Origin: a bacterium
GTDB taxonomy: Bacteria; UBA8248; JACPRG01; G963555815
NCBI GenBank assembly: GCA_965261595.1
Contig: CBDHDG010000006.1
Span: forward strand, 1,024,001-1,088,000
Length of the DNA: 64,000 nt
Direction of reading: 5' to 3'
Below, piece by piece: positions 30,125-40,114 of this stretch. A program made the position numbers and the translations under genes. How positions within the stretch are numbered: the first letter of the stretch is position 1; each line of letters begins with the position of its first letter. A model generated the notes under the pieces. That model searched no databases, was not told the DNA's origin, and saw only the letters and a list, made by a program, of their open reading frames with translations.

Positions 30125-30787
30125 CTAGTCGTCCCCGGTGGCCCCAAACTCGGGGTGCAGGGGACCCACCAGCAGACCGTCCTCCTTATTGAAGAACATC
30201 CGTCGATTCGCCCGCTTGGCGAGCAGCCGGGGCCGGTCGATCACCGTGCTCTCGATCTGCACGATGACCGCGCCGATAAGCGCTACTACTAGGTTGGAAT
30301 CTCTGTCACTCGAGTTCCATACGACCCTCACGTCGCCGGTCCAGAGTGTCGTGCCCGAAGGGACGTCGACCAGCCGTCCCTTGACCGACACCACCGTCTT
30401 GGAATTCACCACTTGGTATTTCTGACCCCAGTCGACGATCGTGATGTACAGAACCGCATCCGCACCGATGATCTCGTCGATCTTGTTCAACGAGACGCCG
30501 TGCATCTCGCCGGCGGTCGGTAGCCCGTTGTCCTTCATGTATTCCTCAACGACCGACACCGGAAAAATGTAGTACCCGCGTTCGGCAACAGGCTTCGTGA
30601 CTGTGGTCAGGTAGGAGTAGGGTGCACTCACCTCCACCGATTCGTTGAGCGGCGGCAGCACGAGAATCGAACGCGGCATGTGTTCCCGGTAGGTGGAGTA
30701 GTCGTACGACGGCTCAGATACGGGTCCCGTGCACCCCATCACTCCCGACAGCAGGAACCCCGAGAAGAGGATGCGTTTCGAGCTCAC
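30125..30787 (-). CDS. DUF799 / GNA1162-family lipoprotein
   Basis: Lipobox VMGC; PRSILVLPPLNES, AERGYYIFPV, GADAVLYITI. Confidence 0.85.
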   Translation of the reverse strand: MSSKRILFSGFLLSGVMGCTGPVSEPSYDYSTYREHMPRSILVLPPLNESVEVSAPYSYLTTVTKPVAERGYYIFPVSVVEEYMKDNGLPTAGEMHGVSLNKIDEIIGADAVLYITIVDWGQKYQVVNSKTVVSVKGRLVDVPSGTTLWTGDVRVVWNSSDRDSNLVVALIGAVIVQIESTVIDRPRLLAKRANRRMFFNKEDGLLVGPLHPEFGATGDD

Positions 30788-31149
30788 TGCGATTTCCGCC
30801 TTATGCGGGAGAGGAGGCGGTTGATGAAGGTTGCCGATTCCGGAAAGAGCTCCCGCTCGCGCTCGAAGTGAGCACGTGCAGATTCCAAGTCGCCCAATTT
30901 GTAGTGGAGAAAGCCCAGATGGGCGTGGACACCCGGTGGCACCCGCTTGTCCTCGGCCTGGGTGCGTGCGATGTCTTCGCCGAGGCGTTGCGCCTGAGTG
31001 GCCGGATCGGCCTCACCCGGCTTGGCATACGAGAGGTACATGAGGTCCTCGTAGATGCCCCACCGGTACACGGTGGTTTCTGGTGGTGATGCGCACCCCG
31101 CGAGAACCACGATGCATGCGCTGACGCCCACGAGGAGACGACGGCTCAT
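30784..31149 (-). CDS. DUF4810 lipoprotein
   Basis: Lipobox LAGC; Y.WG.Y, VPPGVHAHLGFL, ERELFPES; coupled by ATGA/GTGA overlaps. Confidence 0.85.
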   Translation of the reverse strand: MSRRLLVGVSACIVVLAGCASPPETTVYRWGIYEDLMYLSYAKPGEADPATQAQRLGEDIARTQAEDKRVPPGVHAHLGFLHYKLGDLESARAHFERERELFPESATFINRLLSRIRRKSQ

Positions 31150-31868
31150 CGTTCCGGAGTCGGCGACCACTCGCCTCGTTGGAGTCCATCGACCAGATTG
31201 TCCACGGCCTCGACAATCGCCAAGTTCAACACCTTGCCGTTCAGCGTGGAATCGTAGCCTGCTGTGCCTCCGAAGCCAGCAATCTCTCGGTTGGAGAGCG
31301 CGAACTCGCCGGCCCCCTGAGATGAGTACACGACTTCCGAGGTGCGCACGTCAACGACGTTGAGCGCGACCTTCGCATAGGCAACCTGTTGCTTGCCTGC
31401 CCCCAGAATTCCGAATAGTTGGCGGTCGCCCGTAGTCTTGCGGCCGAATTCGGTGACGTCGCCGGTGATGGCGACCTGTGCGCCCTTCAGCGCCTGTTGC
31501 GTCCCGCCGATATCCGCCTCTTGCTGAAGCACGGCCATGTTGTCCCGGTCGACCACGACGAAGCGTCCAGTCTGCTGGAGATGAGTCTTGAGGATGGTCT
31601 TCGCCTGGCTGCCCAGCCGGTCGCCCCCTTCGGAGAAAATCCCCTGCATATAGGTCGAGCGATTCTCGAAGTTCCCGATCACGAGAGTATGGCGAGACCC
31701 GCCAAAGGCGGTATCCGCCGAACGGGTAGTCTGCGCCTCAAGTGTTCTGGACGACTCGGTCGCGCAGCCTGAGAGGTGCATCCAGAGAGCCGCCGCGAGG
31801 ATGCTCGCGGCGGTCCGCGAAACACGGAGCCGATTGGCCTTGCACCATATAAGTATATTCACTAACAT
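31146..31868 (-). CDS. CsgG/HfaB-family lipoprotein
   Basis: Lipobox LSGC; FENRS, LQQTGRFVVVDR, ITGDVTEFG, GGTAGYDSTLNGKVL; start uncertain. Confidence 0.85.
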   Translation of the reverse strand: MLVNILIWCKANRLRVSRTAASILAAALWMHLSGCATESSRTLEAQTTRSADTAFGGSRHTLVIGNFENRSTYMQGIFSEGGDRLGSQAKTILKTHLQQTGRFVVVDRDNMAVLQQEADIGGTQQALKGAQVAITGDVTEFGRKTTGDRQLFGILGAGKQQVAYAKVALNVVDVRTSEVVYSSQGAGEFALSNREIAGFGGTAGYDSTLNGKVLNLAIVEAVDNLVDGLQRGEWSPTPER

Positions 31869-32028
31869 CCTCGTCCCGTTATGTCCGCAGGATCCTCGCT
31901 TGCCTTCACCGACGCCCAGAACTCGCGCTGCGACAGTACTCTGTATCAGGCCCTTGAGCCCATCGGTGTACGATATACATAAGACTTATAGTGTATTTGA
32001 ATACCTGAAAAAAAAACAATCGGAGTCT

Positions 32029-32335
32029 TGTCCCATGAGACATGAGCCTGAACGGTAGGAGCGAATCCCACGAGAGATGAGCCTGAACAAGGGGATTTTG
32101 GGATCATCGGAGGATGATCTTGAAACTGGACATCGGACGGGTGCGGACCATAGACGAGGTTCGCGATTTCATGGCCGGCAGCGACGCGGTTGACTTTCAC
32201 CTCACCGACCGGCGGGGGGCGTACGACTTCGTGACGCGGACCCTGAGGCGGCTGAACTACGCCGGGTCGACCAAGGCGCGGACAAGGGGGTCGTGCGTCG
32301 CTTTGTGGCGAAGGTCACGGGGTTGTCGCGGGCAT
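32029..32335 (+). pseudogene. Left end and N-terminus of an IS481/ISNCY-like integrase-core transposase
   Basis: Repeated ATGAGCCTGAAC at the end; RTIDEVRDFMAG..LRRLNY then KGVVRRFVAKVTGLSR in a shifted frame. Confidence 0.55.
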
Positions 32336-32460
32336 CCAATGAGTGACAAGCAGAACTGTTGCATTCGGAAGCCCGTCTTTGGGCGAGGGACGGGTGTTCT
32401 CATTTCCCATTCTCGTGCTGCGCTTGCGCGAGAGAAACGGAATCCCGTCACGTTGCGGAG

Positions 32461-32690
32461 TGGAGTTGGCCCCATTTCGGTGGACACTTTCGCACTGTGC
32501 GCAGGAGGTGTTCAGATGACAAAGACTCATTCCCCTTACGCGCCGGCGTAACGGCGCCAGATGGTCGAGCGGGTCCGCGCGGGGCGCAAGCCCGGGGAGC
32601 TGGCTCGGGAGTTCGAGTGTTCCGCTTCGGCGATTCGCAACTGGGTGCGCCAGGCCGACCGCGACGAAGGCCGTCGTGAGGACGGTCTGT
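32461..32690 (+). pseudogene. IS3-family left end and orfA fragment (relative of 27252-28662)
   Basis: TGGAGTTGGCCCCATTTCGGTGGACA; MTKTHSPYAPA* premature stop; truncated. Confidence 0.8.
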
Positions 32691-32916
32691 GGAGTTCGGG
32701 GCGTGGAGGAGCTCGGGCGGATCGTTTTTCGTGAATGGAGCCGTGCGGCGGGCCGCGGTGCGGGGATGTCGGAATCAGGGTCCCGGGAGCGATAATCGAA
32801 AAGCGTAACCGTTCGGCCGGGCCGTGATGGGCACAGCGTTGGAAGCATCGTCTACATTGGATGGAATCTTCCCAAGACACTGGTAACGCGATTCGGCATG
32901 TGGTATTCATGTCGAC

Positions 32917-35045
32917 ATGACGATTCGCGCAGAAGTTGCTCAAGCGGAACTTTCGTTGGTCGAGAGGCCAGATGTCCGATGGCCTCTTCCCCCCAAGACG
33001 TCCTCATGCAGGGAGTCGGACTGGCGTTCGCTGTTCAAGCGCGAACGGGCGCGGGCGGAGGCGCGCTGCGAGGAGTTGCGGTGGGCGGAGGTGGATTCCC
33101 GCGCCCGGGCGGGTTCGCTGAAGTGGCGACTCGACGCCTGCCGGAGCAAGCTGAAGGCGGCCGTGGAGGAGACGAAGGAAGTCCGCCGAGCGGCGCAGGA
33201 CGCCCTTTCCTTGCAGGCGGAAGTGGCGCGGCTGGAGAAGCGCCTTTCGGAAGCCAGGGTCAAGTCGGCCGGGGGCCGCTCGGGCGCGTCGCCGTCGGGG
33301 GAGGCCGCCCGGCTGCGCAAGGAGGCGGTCCGGCTGACCAGGGAAGTCGCCCGGCTGGAGGACCGGCTGGCCCGGGAGACGCAGGCGTCGGAGACCGACA
33401 AGGAGACCATCAGGTGGCAGGGCCGCGAGGTCATTGGGCTCCATGCGGAGTTGAGGCGATTGCGCGACCAGGCGGAGGCGGTCAAGTCGTTGTCCGGGGA
33501 GGTCTACCGTCTGGGGGTCGCCCTGGAAGTCGCCGGATCCGCGAAGGAGCGGCTGAAGGCCCGGCTTTTGCGCGCGAGCGAGGCGGCGCGGTCGAGGTCG
33601 CCGTCGCGTGAGGACGCTGAACTGCGCAAGGCCCTGGGGAGGTCGCGCCGCCAGAAGACGGCGCTCAGGTCCCTATCCAGGGAGAACGCCCGGCTACGCA
33701 AAGCCGTGAATGCATCGCAGAGCCGGAACGAGACGCTGGAAGCGCAGCTTGCGAAGCTTCGTGCGAGCGGGGCGGTGCTGTCGAAGGCGCTGTTCGGGCG
33801 CAGGAGCGAACAGCAGGAGCGAACAGCAGGAGAGGCCGCGCTCTGAGCCGCCGGGCATGGCCGCACCCTGCGGCCCGCGCTCGAGGAGAGGACGGAAGAG
33901 CGCAATCCGCCGGCCGAGGCATGCGTCTGTGGCCGATGCGGGAAGCCCTACGTGGCCAACGGCGCCGAGGTCTCCACCATCGTCGAGATCGAAGTCTCGG
34001 CTCACAAACGCGTCATCCGCCGTCCGCGATGGCGCCGGAGGTGCGACTGCGCGTCCTCACCCACCGAAGTGTCGGCGCTCCCGGCACCGCGCCTGTTCGC
34101 AGGCACGCCCTGCGGGACCAGCGTGTGGGCGCGGTTCCTGTTCGAGCGCTATGCCTGCTTCCGTCCCCTGCGCCGGGTCGCCTCGTGGCTGTCCGCCATG
34201 GTGATGAGACTACCTGGCGCGTGCAGTCGCTTCGCGAGGAGAGCCGCTCGAGCCGGGCTTGGCTGTGGACCTCGGTCAGCGAGGACGCGGTCTACTTCCA
34301 CGTTGACCCCTCGCGCGGTGCGGAGGTCGCGAGGAAGCTGTTCGGAACGGCCGGCCTCCATACGGTCATCGTCTGCGACCGCTACAGCGCCTACAAGAAG
34401 ATGGCGCGCATTCCCGGGGGCCTGGTGACCCTCGCTTGGTGCTGGAGTCATATGCGGAGAGATTTTATCCACTGCGCGGCCGGCGAGGTGCGGCTGACGC
34501 GGTGGTGCCGGAGATGGATCGAGCGGATCGCACTGATCTATCGCCTGAACGAGGCTCGCCTGGCCCATTACGACCCCGGCCGCGACCGGCAGAGCGCGGC
34601 GTTCGACGCGGCGCAGGCCGCGCTGAAGAAAGCGCTCGACGGCCTGTTCGCGGAAGCCGGGCGGGAGTTGGCCTCCTTGCCGGAGAACGCGCGCGAGGGC
34701 AAGGCGTTGCGCTCGCTGCTGAACCATCGCGAGGGCTTGAGCGTCTTCGTCGACCGCCCGCAGACGCCGATGGACAACAACGCCGCCGAGCGCGCGCTGA
34801 GGGGACCGGTGATCGGGAGACGGCTCTCGTTCGGCTCCGACCGCGAGACCGGCGCCCGGTTCACGGCGATGATGTACTCGGTCCTCGGTACCCTCGCGCC
34901 GGGCGGCATCGACCCTCTCCGCTGGCTGGAGGCATGGCTGGCGGCATGTGCGGAGAGAGGCGGCCGGGCGCCTGAGGACCTCTCGCCGTGGCTGCCCTGG
35001 TCGATGGGCGCGGAGCGCAGGCGCGCCCTCATGGCGCCGGGATGA
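32917..35045 (+). pseudogene. IS66 TnpC transposase with long coiled-coil N-terminus, disrupted
   Basis: LFGRRSEQ, Zn finger CGRCG, HGDETTW, CDRYSAY, CWSHMRRDF, DNNAAERALR; 13-bp tandem duplication near 33800, further frameshifts and an internal deletion near 34200. Confidence 0.85.
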
Positions 35046-35049
35046 CGTC

Positions 35050-35922
35050 ATGATCGAGTGCCGCTATTACGGACGCGACTTCACCACCGAAGAGATGACG
35101 CTCCTGCGCGCGCTGATCGCCGGTCCTCCGGCGCTGAACCGCCACGCGCTCTCGAAGGAGTTCTGCCGGCGCATCGGCTGGCGCAAGCCCGACGGCGGGC
35201 TCAAGGACATGATGGCCAGGGTGACCATGCTGGCCATGCACAAAGACGGCCTGATCGCCCTGCCGCCGCCGAAGTGGCGGCAGAACCGGCCCGGGCTGAT
35301 CGTCTTCGGTCCGGAGACCGAACCACCACCGGTCCCGGCGCCGGCCACCCTGGAGGAGGTCCGCCCGCTCGACATGCAGATCGTCGTGCGCGGCACCGCC
35401 GGGGGCAAGCGGTGGAACGAGTTCGTCGCCCGTTACCACTATCTCGGCTACAGGACCCTCGTCGGCGCCCAGATGCGCTACGCCGTCCACGACCGCAACG
35501 GTTGCCCCATCGCCATGCTCGGCTTCTCCACCGCCGCGTGGAAGCTGGCCTCTCGAGACCGCTTCATCGGTTGGACGCCCGGGCTGCGCGAGAAGAACCT
35601 CCCCCTCGTGGTCGACAACCCGAGGTTCCTCATCCTGCCCTGGATCAAGATCCCCAACCTCGGTTCGCACATCCTCGCCATCGTCCGCCGTCGCCTGCCC
35701 CAGGACTGGGCCGAGCGCTACAACACCACCCCCGTGCTCATCGAAACCTTCGTCGAGACCCCCCGTTACACCGGCGCCGTCTACAGGGCATCGGGATGGA
35801 CCCACGTCGGAACCACCCAGGGACGCGGACGCTACGACAGGTACACGAGACGCGCCCAACCGAAAAAGGATATCTGGCTCCGCCCCCTCAAAAAAAATTG
35901 GAAACGAACCCTCAACAGCTAA
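35050..35922 (+). CDS. DUF4338 domain protein (DruA-like)
   Basis: YYGRDFT, YHYLGY..LVGAQMRY, RDRFIGW, RFLILPW..NLGSH, ETFVE..G.VYRASGW..G.TQGRG. Confidence 0.88.
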   Translation: MIECRYYGRDFTTEEMTLLRALIAGPPALNRHALSKEFCRRIGWRKPDGGLKDMMARVTMLAMHKDGLIALPPPKWRQNRPGLIVFGPETEPPPVPAPATLEEVRPLDMQIVVRGTAGGKRWNEFVARYHYLGYRTLVGAQMRYAVHDRNGCPIAMLGFSTAAWKLASRDRFIGWTPGLREKNLPLVVDNPRFLILPWIKIPNLGSHILAIVRRRLPQDWAERYNTTPVLIETFVETPRYTGAVYRASGWTHVGTTQGRGRYDRYTRRAQPKKDIWLRPLKKNWKRTLNS

Positions 35923-36126
35923 ATTACCCCCCCATCACGGCCCGTCCGAACGGTTACCGACAGGGACTCGCCGAGATGCGCAGGAGTTTTAACGAATCCG
36001 CTTTCATTTTGATTACGGACTGCAGAAGGCAGGTTCCGAATGAGATTGGAAATTATGTATATTCTCAATAATATCAATAGTATAATAGGATCTCACGGCT
36101 GGAAAGAACGGCTTTACGGATGAATC

Positions 36127-36532
36127 AAGATGCAAAACGTCGTGAAGAAGGTCCGAAAGCGCAACCAGGAGGCGGTGGTCTCGGGCGCACAAAGGATCTA
36201 CGAGGCCCACAGCCGCCGGGCGGCCATCGCCGCCTTTTGGCGATGGGCCAAGCAGTGGCGAGGGCGGGAGCCCAAGGCGGTGGCGTGCATCGAGAGCGAC
36301 CTCGAGACGTTGTTGGCCCACTTCCAAGAGCCCCCCGCCCTTCGGGTCACCCTGCGCACGATAAACCCCATTGAGCGGGTCTTTCGGGAGGTGAGACGAA
36401 GAACCAGACCCATGACCGTCATGAACAACAACGAGTCCCTGGAACGCGTCGCCTACAGCGTGTTCCACCGCATTAACACCTAGTGGGAGACAAACCCTCT
36501 CTGCACTTCTACACAAAACTCGTGACATTACC
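36127..36532 (+). pseudogene. IS256-family transposase C-terminus and right IR
   Basis: KMQNV..LRTINPIERVFREVRRRTR; IR CACTTCTACACAAAACTCGTGACATTACC. Confidence 0.85.
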
Positions 36533-36693
36533 CTGGGTGACGTGGGGCCCGCAATCCATCACGGCGGAGGCCGCGGACGGATCCGCTTTGCGCCGCGGGG
36601 CGCGACGAATTCGGTGGGCCGCCGATGCGGGAAGAATGTTCTCGGCGGGGCCGGGGCCGGGGGGGGGGGGGGGGGAGGCCCTCAGCGGTCTCT

Positions 36694-38091
36694 TCAGTGT
36701 TTCACGGGCCAGAAAATCTTACCGGGGTTCATGACGTTGCGGGGATCGAAGACCGCCTTGATTTGCTTTTGAAGCTCGATGATCTCGGGAGATTGCTCCA
36801 GGGGAAGAAACTCCGACTTGGTGATGCCGATGCCGTGCTCTCCCGAAAGCGTCCCATTCATCTCGACCGTCGCGACGAAGATGTCCCGGACCGCCTCCAG
36901 GGCGCTGGCCATCCGCGCGGGATCGCGTTCATCCGTCATTACATTGACGTGGAGGTTTCCGTCGCCCGCATGGCCGAAGGTGATGATCAGGTGGCCGCGC
37001 CGCTCGCCGATTTCCTGGAGCTTTCTCATCATTTCAGGGATGCGTGAGCGGGGGACGGTGATGTCTTCGTTGATTTTCGTGGGCTCGATTTGGAGGATGG
37101 CGTTGGCCAGACTGGTGCGCACCGCCATCAATGTCGCCGCTTCCTCGTCGTTTTCGGCGATGCGGATGGGATCGGCCCCCTTTTCGCGGCAGATGTCCCG
37201 AATGCGGTCGAGCTGCGGCGAAATGGATTCTCGGGGGCCGTCCACCTGGATGAGCAGGAGGGCCCGCGAATCCACCGGCAGGCCGGCGTGGAGTTGATTC
37301 TCCGCCGCCCGGATGCACTGCTGGTCCAGGAACTCCAACATCGAGGGGATGATGCGGGAGGCGATGATCCGCGAGACCGTCTCGGTGGCGGCCGCCGGGT
37401 CGGGGAAGGCCGCCGTCATCGTCCCCGTGGCTTCGGGTTTCGGGATGAGGCGCAGGGTTATCTCGGTGATGACGCCGAGGGTCCCCTCCGAGCCTACGAG
37501 GAGCTTGGTGAGGTCGTAGCCGACGACGCCCTTCATCGTCCGGACGCCCGTGCGGATGCGGCCGAAGGCCGGCGTGACGGCTTCCAATCCGATGATGTAG
37601 TCTTTCGTCACGCCGTACTTCACCCCCCGGGGTCCGCCGGCGCACATGGCCGCGTTTCCGCCCAGCGTGCATACCGCCCTGCTGGCCGGGTCCGGGGGAT
37701 AGAAGAGTCCGAGCTTCTCGACCGCGGCGTGGAACTGTCCCGTGACCACGCCGGGCTCGACAACGGCCACGAGGTTGTCCGTGTCGATTTCCTTGATCCG
37801 GTTCATCGCCGTGAGGTCGAGAACGATCCCCTTCTTCACGGGAATCGCCCCGCCCGTGGTGCTGGTCCCGGCGCCGCGCGGCGTGATGGGGACCTGATGC
37901 TCATGGGCGAGAGCGACGATGGCCTCCACCTCATCGGCGGAGATGGCCCGCACAACGACGTCCGGCACGGACTCCGCCCGCTGCGTGCCGTCCCGGGCGT
38001 ACGTGATGCGCTCCTCGAGGGCTTCGAGGACGCGGTCGGCGGGGAGGATATCCCGCAACCGGGCGGGCAGGTTTTCGGTCATCGCCATCAT
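36694..38091 (-). CDS. FAD-linked oxidase, GlcD/D-lactate dehydrogenase family
   Basis: PRGAGTS..GG, YPPDPAS, GYDLTKLLVGSEGTLG, GHAGDGNLH, SGEHGIG, MNPGKIF. Confidence 0.93.
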   Translation of the reverse strand: MMAMTENLPARLRDILPADRVLEALEERITYARDGTQRAESVPDVVVRAISADEVEAIVALAHEHQVPITPRGAGTSTTGGAIPVKKGIVLDLTAMNRIKEIDTDNLVAVVEPGVVTGQFHAAVEKLGLFYPPDPASRAVCTLGGNAAMCAGGPRGVKYGVTKDYIIGLEAVTPAFGRIRTGVRTMKGVVGYDLTKLLVGSEGTLGVITEITLRLIPKPEATGTMTAAFPDPAAATETVSRIIASRIIPSMLEFLDQQCIRAAENQLHAGLPVDSRALLLIQVDGPRESISPQLDRIRDICREKGADPIRIAENDEEAATLMAVRTSLANAILQIEPTKINEDITVPRSRIPEMMRKLQEIGERRGHLIITFGHAGDGNLHVNVMTDERDPARMASALEAVRDIFVATVEMNGTLSGEHGIGITKSEFLPLEQSPEIIELQKQIKAVFDPRNVMNPGKIFWPVKH

Positions 38092-38205
38092 CCCCCTTCC
38101 CCCCCCCTACGCTATCGCCGGATCAATGATTCAACCCGGTTGGACATGTTCGACAATTCCCTCCCCCCCCCCCCCTCTTTCAACCGGGTCCGAAATCGAC
38201 AAACC

Positions 38206-38784
38206 TCAAGCATTCCCCGGGAGATCCATCTCCTTCCCGTTGATCGTGATGACGCTTTTCAGTGGAACGGCCGTCCGGACCATACTCTCGGCGAAGCACC
38301 CGCCTTTGGCGTTTCGGACGAGGAGGCGAAGCCTCTCTTCGGGCGCGTCCGATTCAATTTCGAATCGTGTGCGGACCTGTCTGCATCCGGATTGCACGTC
38401 GCCCCGCAGGACGGAGCCGCTGCGGAAGTATTCCATCTCCACCCGCACCCGGGCGCTCCGCAACTCGATCTTCATCATGGAAGCGAACCGCTTCACTTGG
38501 GTCAGGAGTCAGGCGCCGATTCCGCCGGCGATATAGGTCAGGGGTTGCGGGTGCTTTCCCTCCCCGCCGAGGATCGGAGGCTCATCCACGTAGAACATCT
38601 GGTCTCCCCCGATCAGCTCGGGATCATCCCCGTCCGTTCCCTCGCCCGGGTATTCGTCCTCATTTTTCAGGATCTTCTGGTGACCCACGACGGTGTGGAC
38701 CAGCGTCTCGCCGGCCTCGCAGTCGGCGACGACAAAAGCCTCCAGTACATCCCGCCGCCCGCCGCGAGAGGATTTCAAAGGCAT
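38206..38784 (-). CDS. OsmC-like protein, probable selenoprotein (UGA at 38509-38511)
   Basis: DEPPILGGEG..PQPLTYIAGGIGA-UGA-LLTQ runs in frame into ..NAKGGCFAE; GAAGCG-GTT-CGCTTC hairpin with its loop 20 nt after the UGA. Confidence 0.8.
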
Positions 38785-38829
38785 CCGCGCTCCCCTTTCC
38801 AAGAACAAACAGGTTTCCCGCCCGCGATC

Positions 38830-39291
38830 CTATTTGTCGAGGGCGAACTGATAGGAGGCCGAGAGGATCCGCATGATCACGTCCAACTCCGCCGCGTCCC
38901 GCGGGCCGTAGACCAGAACCGTCTGCCTCGGGCTTTGTCCTCGAATGACGTTCGGGTGCATCTCCCCCCACCCCTTGTCCAGAAGCTCCCGCACGTCTTC
39001 TTCGGGGAGCGTCATGTGCATGCTCCCGTCGTAGAGCGGGTGGATGTGGGCGAACTCCCCGCCGAACATGAAGGCCTCCTGGCGGCGGTGCGCGCTCTCT
39101 TCGCTGAGCCAGAGCGCTTCGGCGCCCGGGACGGAGAGCTCGCTGGGGCGGCGCTCGACGTGCGGCAGGGCGAACGCCTGTTCCTTCAGTTTTGCGTAGA
39201 TCTCGGCGGGCGGGTTCTGGTCGAGCTGTTCGTGCGGCTGGTCCGGGGATGTCTTGGGTTTCTCTCCGGAGCGTTGGGGCAGCTTGAGCAT
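38830..39291 (-). CDS. Luciferase-domain (DUF5519-like) small protein
   Basis: LPQRSG.KP.T..PHEQLDQ, EFAHIH..DGSMHMTL, GWGEMHP, YGPRD..ELDV. Confidence 0.75.
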   Translation of the reverse strand: MLKLPQRSGEKPKTSPDQPHEQLDQNPPAEIYAKLKEQAFALPHVERRPSELSVPGAEALWLSEESAHRRQEAFMFGGEFAHIHPLYDGSMHMTLPEEDVRELLDKGWGEMHPNVIRGQSPRQTVLVYGPRDAAELDVIMRILSASYQFALDK

Positions 39292-39478
39292 CGAGACCTC
39301 TCACGGCGAGGGATGGACCATCGGCCGTCCGGTTTCTCTGATTGGCGGTTCATCGAACAGCGTAGCACAGGGGGGGGCCGCCATCGCCAAACCATTCGAG
39401 CGCGGGCGGATGGACCGTCTTCAAGGGCCTTCCCGAGTCAACCGGTCCGTGGGCGAAGGATGTCCCCTGAAGATTCTC

Positions 39479-39907
39479 CTAAATCCGTCCCAGCCATACG
39501 CCCAGGAAGAAAACGATGGCGATCAGGTGGATGTTGATGACCATCCAGCGTTTCCGGTTCTGTCTCATCGATTCCAGCGCCTTGACGGGCGCCAGGACGC
39601 CGAAGGCGATGAAGAAGATCCCCAGCGCGAGAATGACCTTGATCCCCAGGATGGAGTGATAGAGCGGCCGGGGGACGCCGGCTCCGGTGACCACAACGAG
39701 CATCCAGATGCCCGTCAGGACGAGCAGGGCGATGACTATCCAGATCATCCGGCCGAACCGGGGGATGACCCCGCCCATCAGCTTTTCGGCCGCCTCGGGG
39801 TCGATTCCCCCCATGGAGGGCATGAGCGCCCAGAGGGCGAACGCAACCCCGCCCATCACGATCCCCGCGGATGCGACGTGAAGAAACTTGATGATGACAA
39901 AATCCAC
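39479..39907 (-). CDS. Four-TM membrane protein, CopD/DUF4149-like
   Basis: KFLHVASAGIVMGG, LVLTG, LGIKVILAL; GGGAGG RBS before GTG. Confidence 0.65.
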   Translation of the reverse strand: MDFVIIKFLHVASAGIVMGGVAFALWALMPSMGGIDPEAAEKLMGGVIPRFGRMIWIVIALLVLTGIWMLVVVTGAGVPRPLYHSILGIKVILALGIFFIAFGVLAPVKALESMRQNRKRWMVINIHLIAIVFFLGVWLGRI

Positions 39908-40114
39908 GAGCCATCCTCCCCACTTCTGTGAATTCCAAGGCGCCTCTTTTGCCGAGGCGGCCGGGCGCCAAGCGTTTCCCGTCGCCGTCCACCAGTCTAA
40001 CAGGCCGCGCCCAATCGCGAAACGCGGGGCGGAAGCGGGTCGTGCCCTCATTTGAAACTTTCTGTTAAAGTTGCCTCAGAGATAGCGACTCCACAAAACG
40101 GGGGAGGAAACACA

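Larger units (their letters stand above)
32805..35957 (+). mobile_element. IS66-family element carrying a DUF4338 gene
   Basis: Terminal IR GTAACCGTTCGG.CGGGCCGTGATGGG and CCCATCACGGCCCGTCCGAACGGTTAC; no tnpA/tnpB; no perfect 8-bp TSD. Confidence 0.85.

Noticed and set aside
31146..31868. Curli biogenesis operon
   Set aside because: No csgA/B/E/F; partners are DUF4810 and DUF799
35050..35922. Druantia defence system
   Set aside because: Only a DUF4338 gene inside an IS66; no DruE helicase or other dru genes
37090..39537. 815-aa plus-strand ORF and similar long ORFs (14062-16119, 41234-43198, 53820-55469)
   Set aside because: Antisense shadows of well-supported genes; no motifs
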